A stretch of DNA of 64,000 nucleotides from Nageia nagi (taxonomy: Eukaryota > Plantae > Pinophyta). How positions within the stretch are numbered: position 1 is the first letter of the stretch; every line of letters starts with the position of its first letter. Under the pieces are notes generated by a model, which worked only from the letters and a program-made list of their open reading frames with translations, made no database searches and was not told where the DNA came from. The position numbers and the translations under genes are program-made. The DNA is taken from assembly GCA_050084985.1 (NCBI GenBank), contig JBITNC010000002.1, forward strand, positions 2,852,001 through 2,916,000, written 5' to 3'. Shown piece by piece: positions 63,256-64,000 of the stretch.

Positions 63256-64000
63256 CTTTGCACTAATCATGTGTAACGGCTTATTCAATATACCAAGCAC
63301 ACTAGCATCCAAACACGAGAAGTCTTATTCCAATTCATCTTAAAGCAATATAGATGCTTGCAACTTTGGTTTTTTATATCGTTGGGCTACCCTCTCGAAC
63401 TTTTCAATGGGAGCCTTTTTTTCTCTATACATAATAACATGGCGCATTTTGTCCCAATCATTCATTTCTTGATTTAAAAAAAAAACAAAAGAAAATGCGC
63501 CCAAAAAAATTTCATATTCAAAGCCACAATATTATTTTGTAACATTTATCCCACTTGTACAAAGTTGTGAATTATTTAATTCCTTTTATGATTCCCTATG
63601 CATCCCATTAAGTAGAATTTTGGGTTCTCTCATGTCAATAATCACGCTCCCATATGGGATGGTGAGGATCCACCATGGGAGAGCACTAGAATTCTTTTGT
63701 TCTTTACCCACTACATTACATTCACATTATTTATTCCACATTGAAGAAGTCATTCATCATTCTTTTCTTTTTATAGTAAGTAGCATGTACATTTTATAAA
63801 TTAGCCCTCTCAATATCCTTATGCAAGTAGCATACTTCCCAAAAGGAATAGTCTAGGCAACCATAAGGGTTTCAAGATCACTCCCCCATTTCATTCATAT
63901 CCGCATTTTAAAACTTGACAAATCCTTAAAAAAAGGTCAACTTTGGACCACATGCATGTCACCTTCCTTACCATCATATCTTGCATTCTCCATTGTAGTC

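Overview
Plant nuclear DNA, probably a large-genome gymnosperm or fern (inferred from intron size and TE types). Two intact minus-strand exons of a molybdopterin aldehyde oxidase gene (42996-43094, 43167-43262), which the ORF track misses, imply that the rest of the window is two giant introns (>42 kb and >20 kb) filled with nested transposons. Most junctions resolve by target-site duplication (TSD). The window holds a hAT element (2627-14283) interrupted by a Ty1/copia (3748-11835); a fragmented LINE; a gag-protease-only Gypsy (14703-26721) carrying three related insertions; an Athila-type Gypsy with an extra 3' ORF (48104-60907); a deleted copia; a hAT MITE; and several solo LTRs. The standout is a very young, pol-less, tRNA-Trp-primed Tat-like element (26990-35113). 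It combines gag, an antisense spliced plant-mobile-domain (PMD) gene, a 1.7-kb hairpin tandem array, and 14 copies of a palindromic GGACCGC-NN-GCGGTCC-like motif in clusters mostly spaced 30-31 bp. This is a candidate protein-plus-cis-site anti-silencing or autoregulatory module (inference). All comparisons were made by eye; no searches were run.
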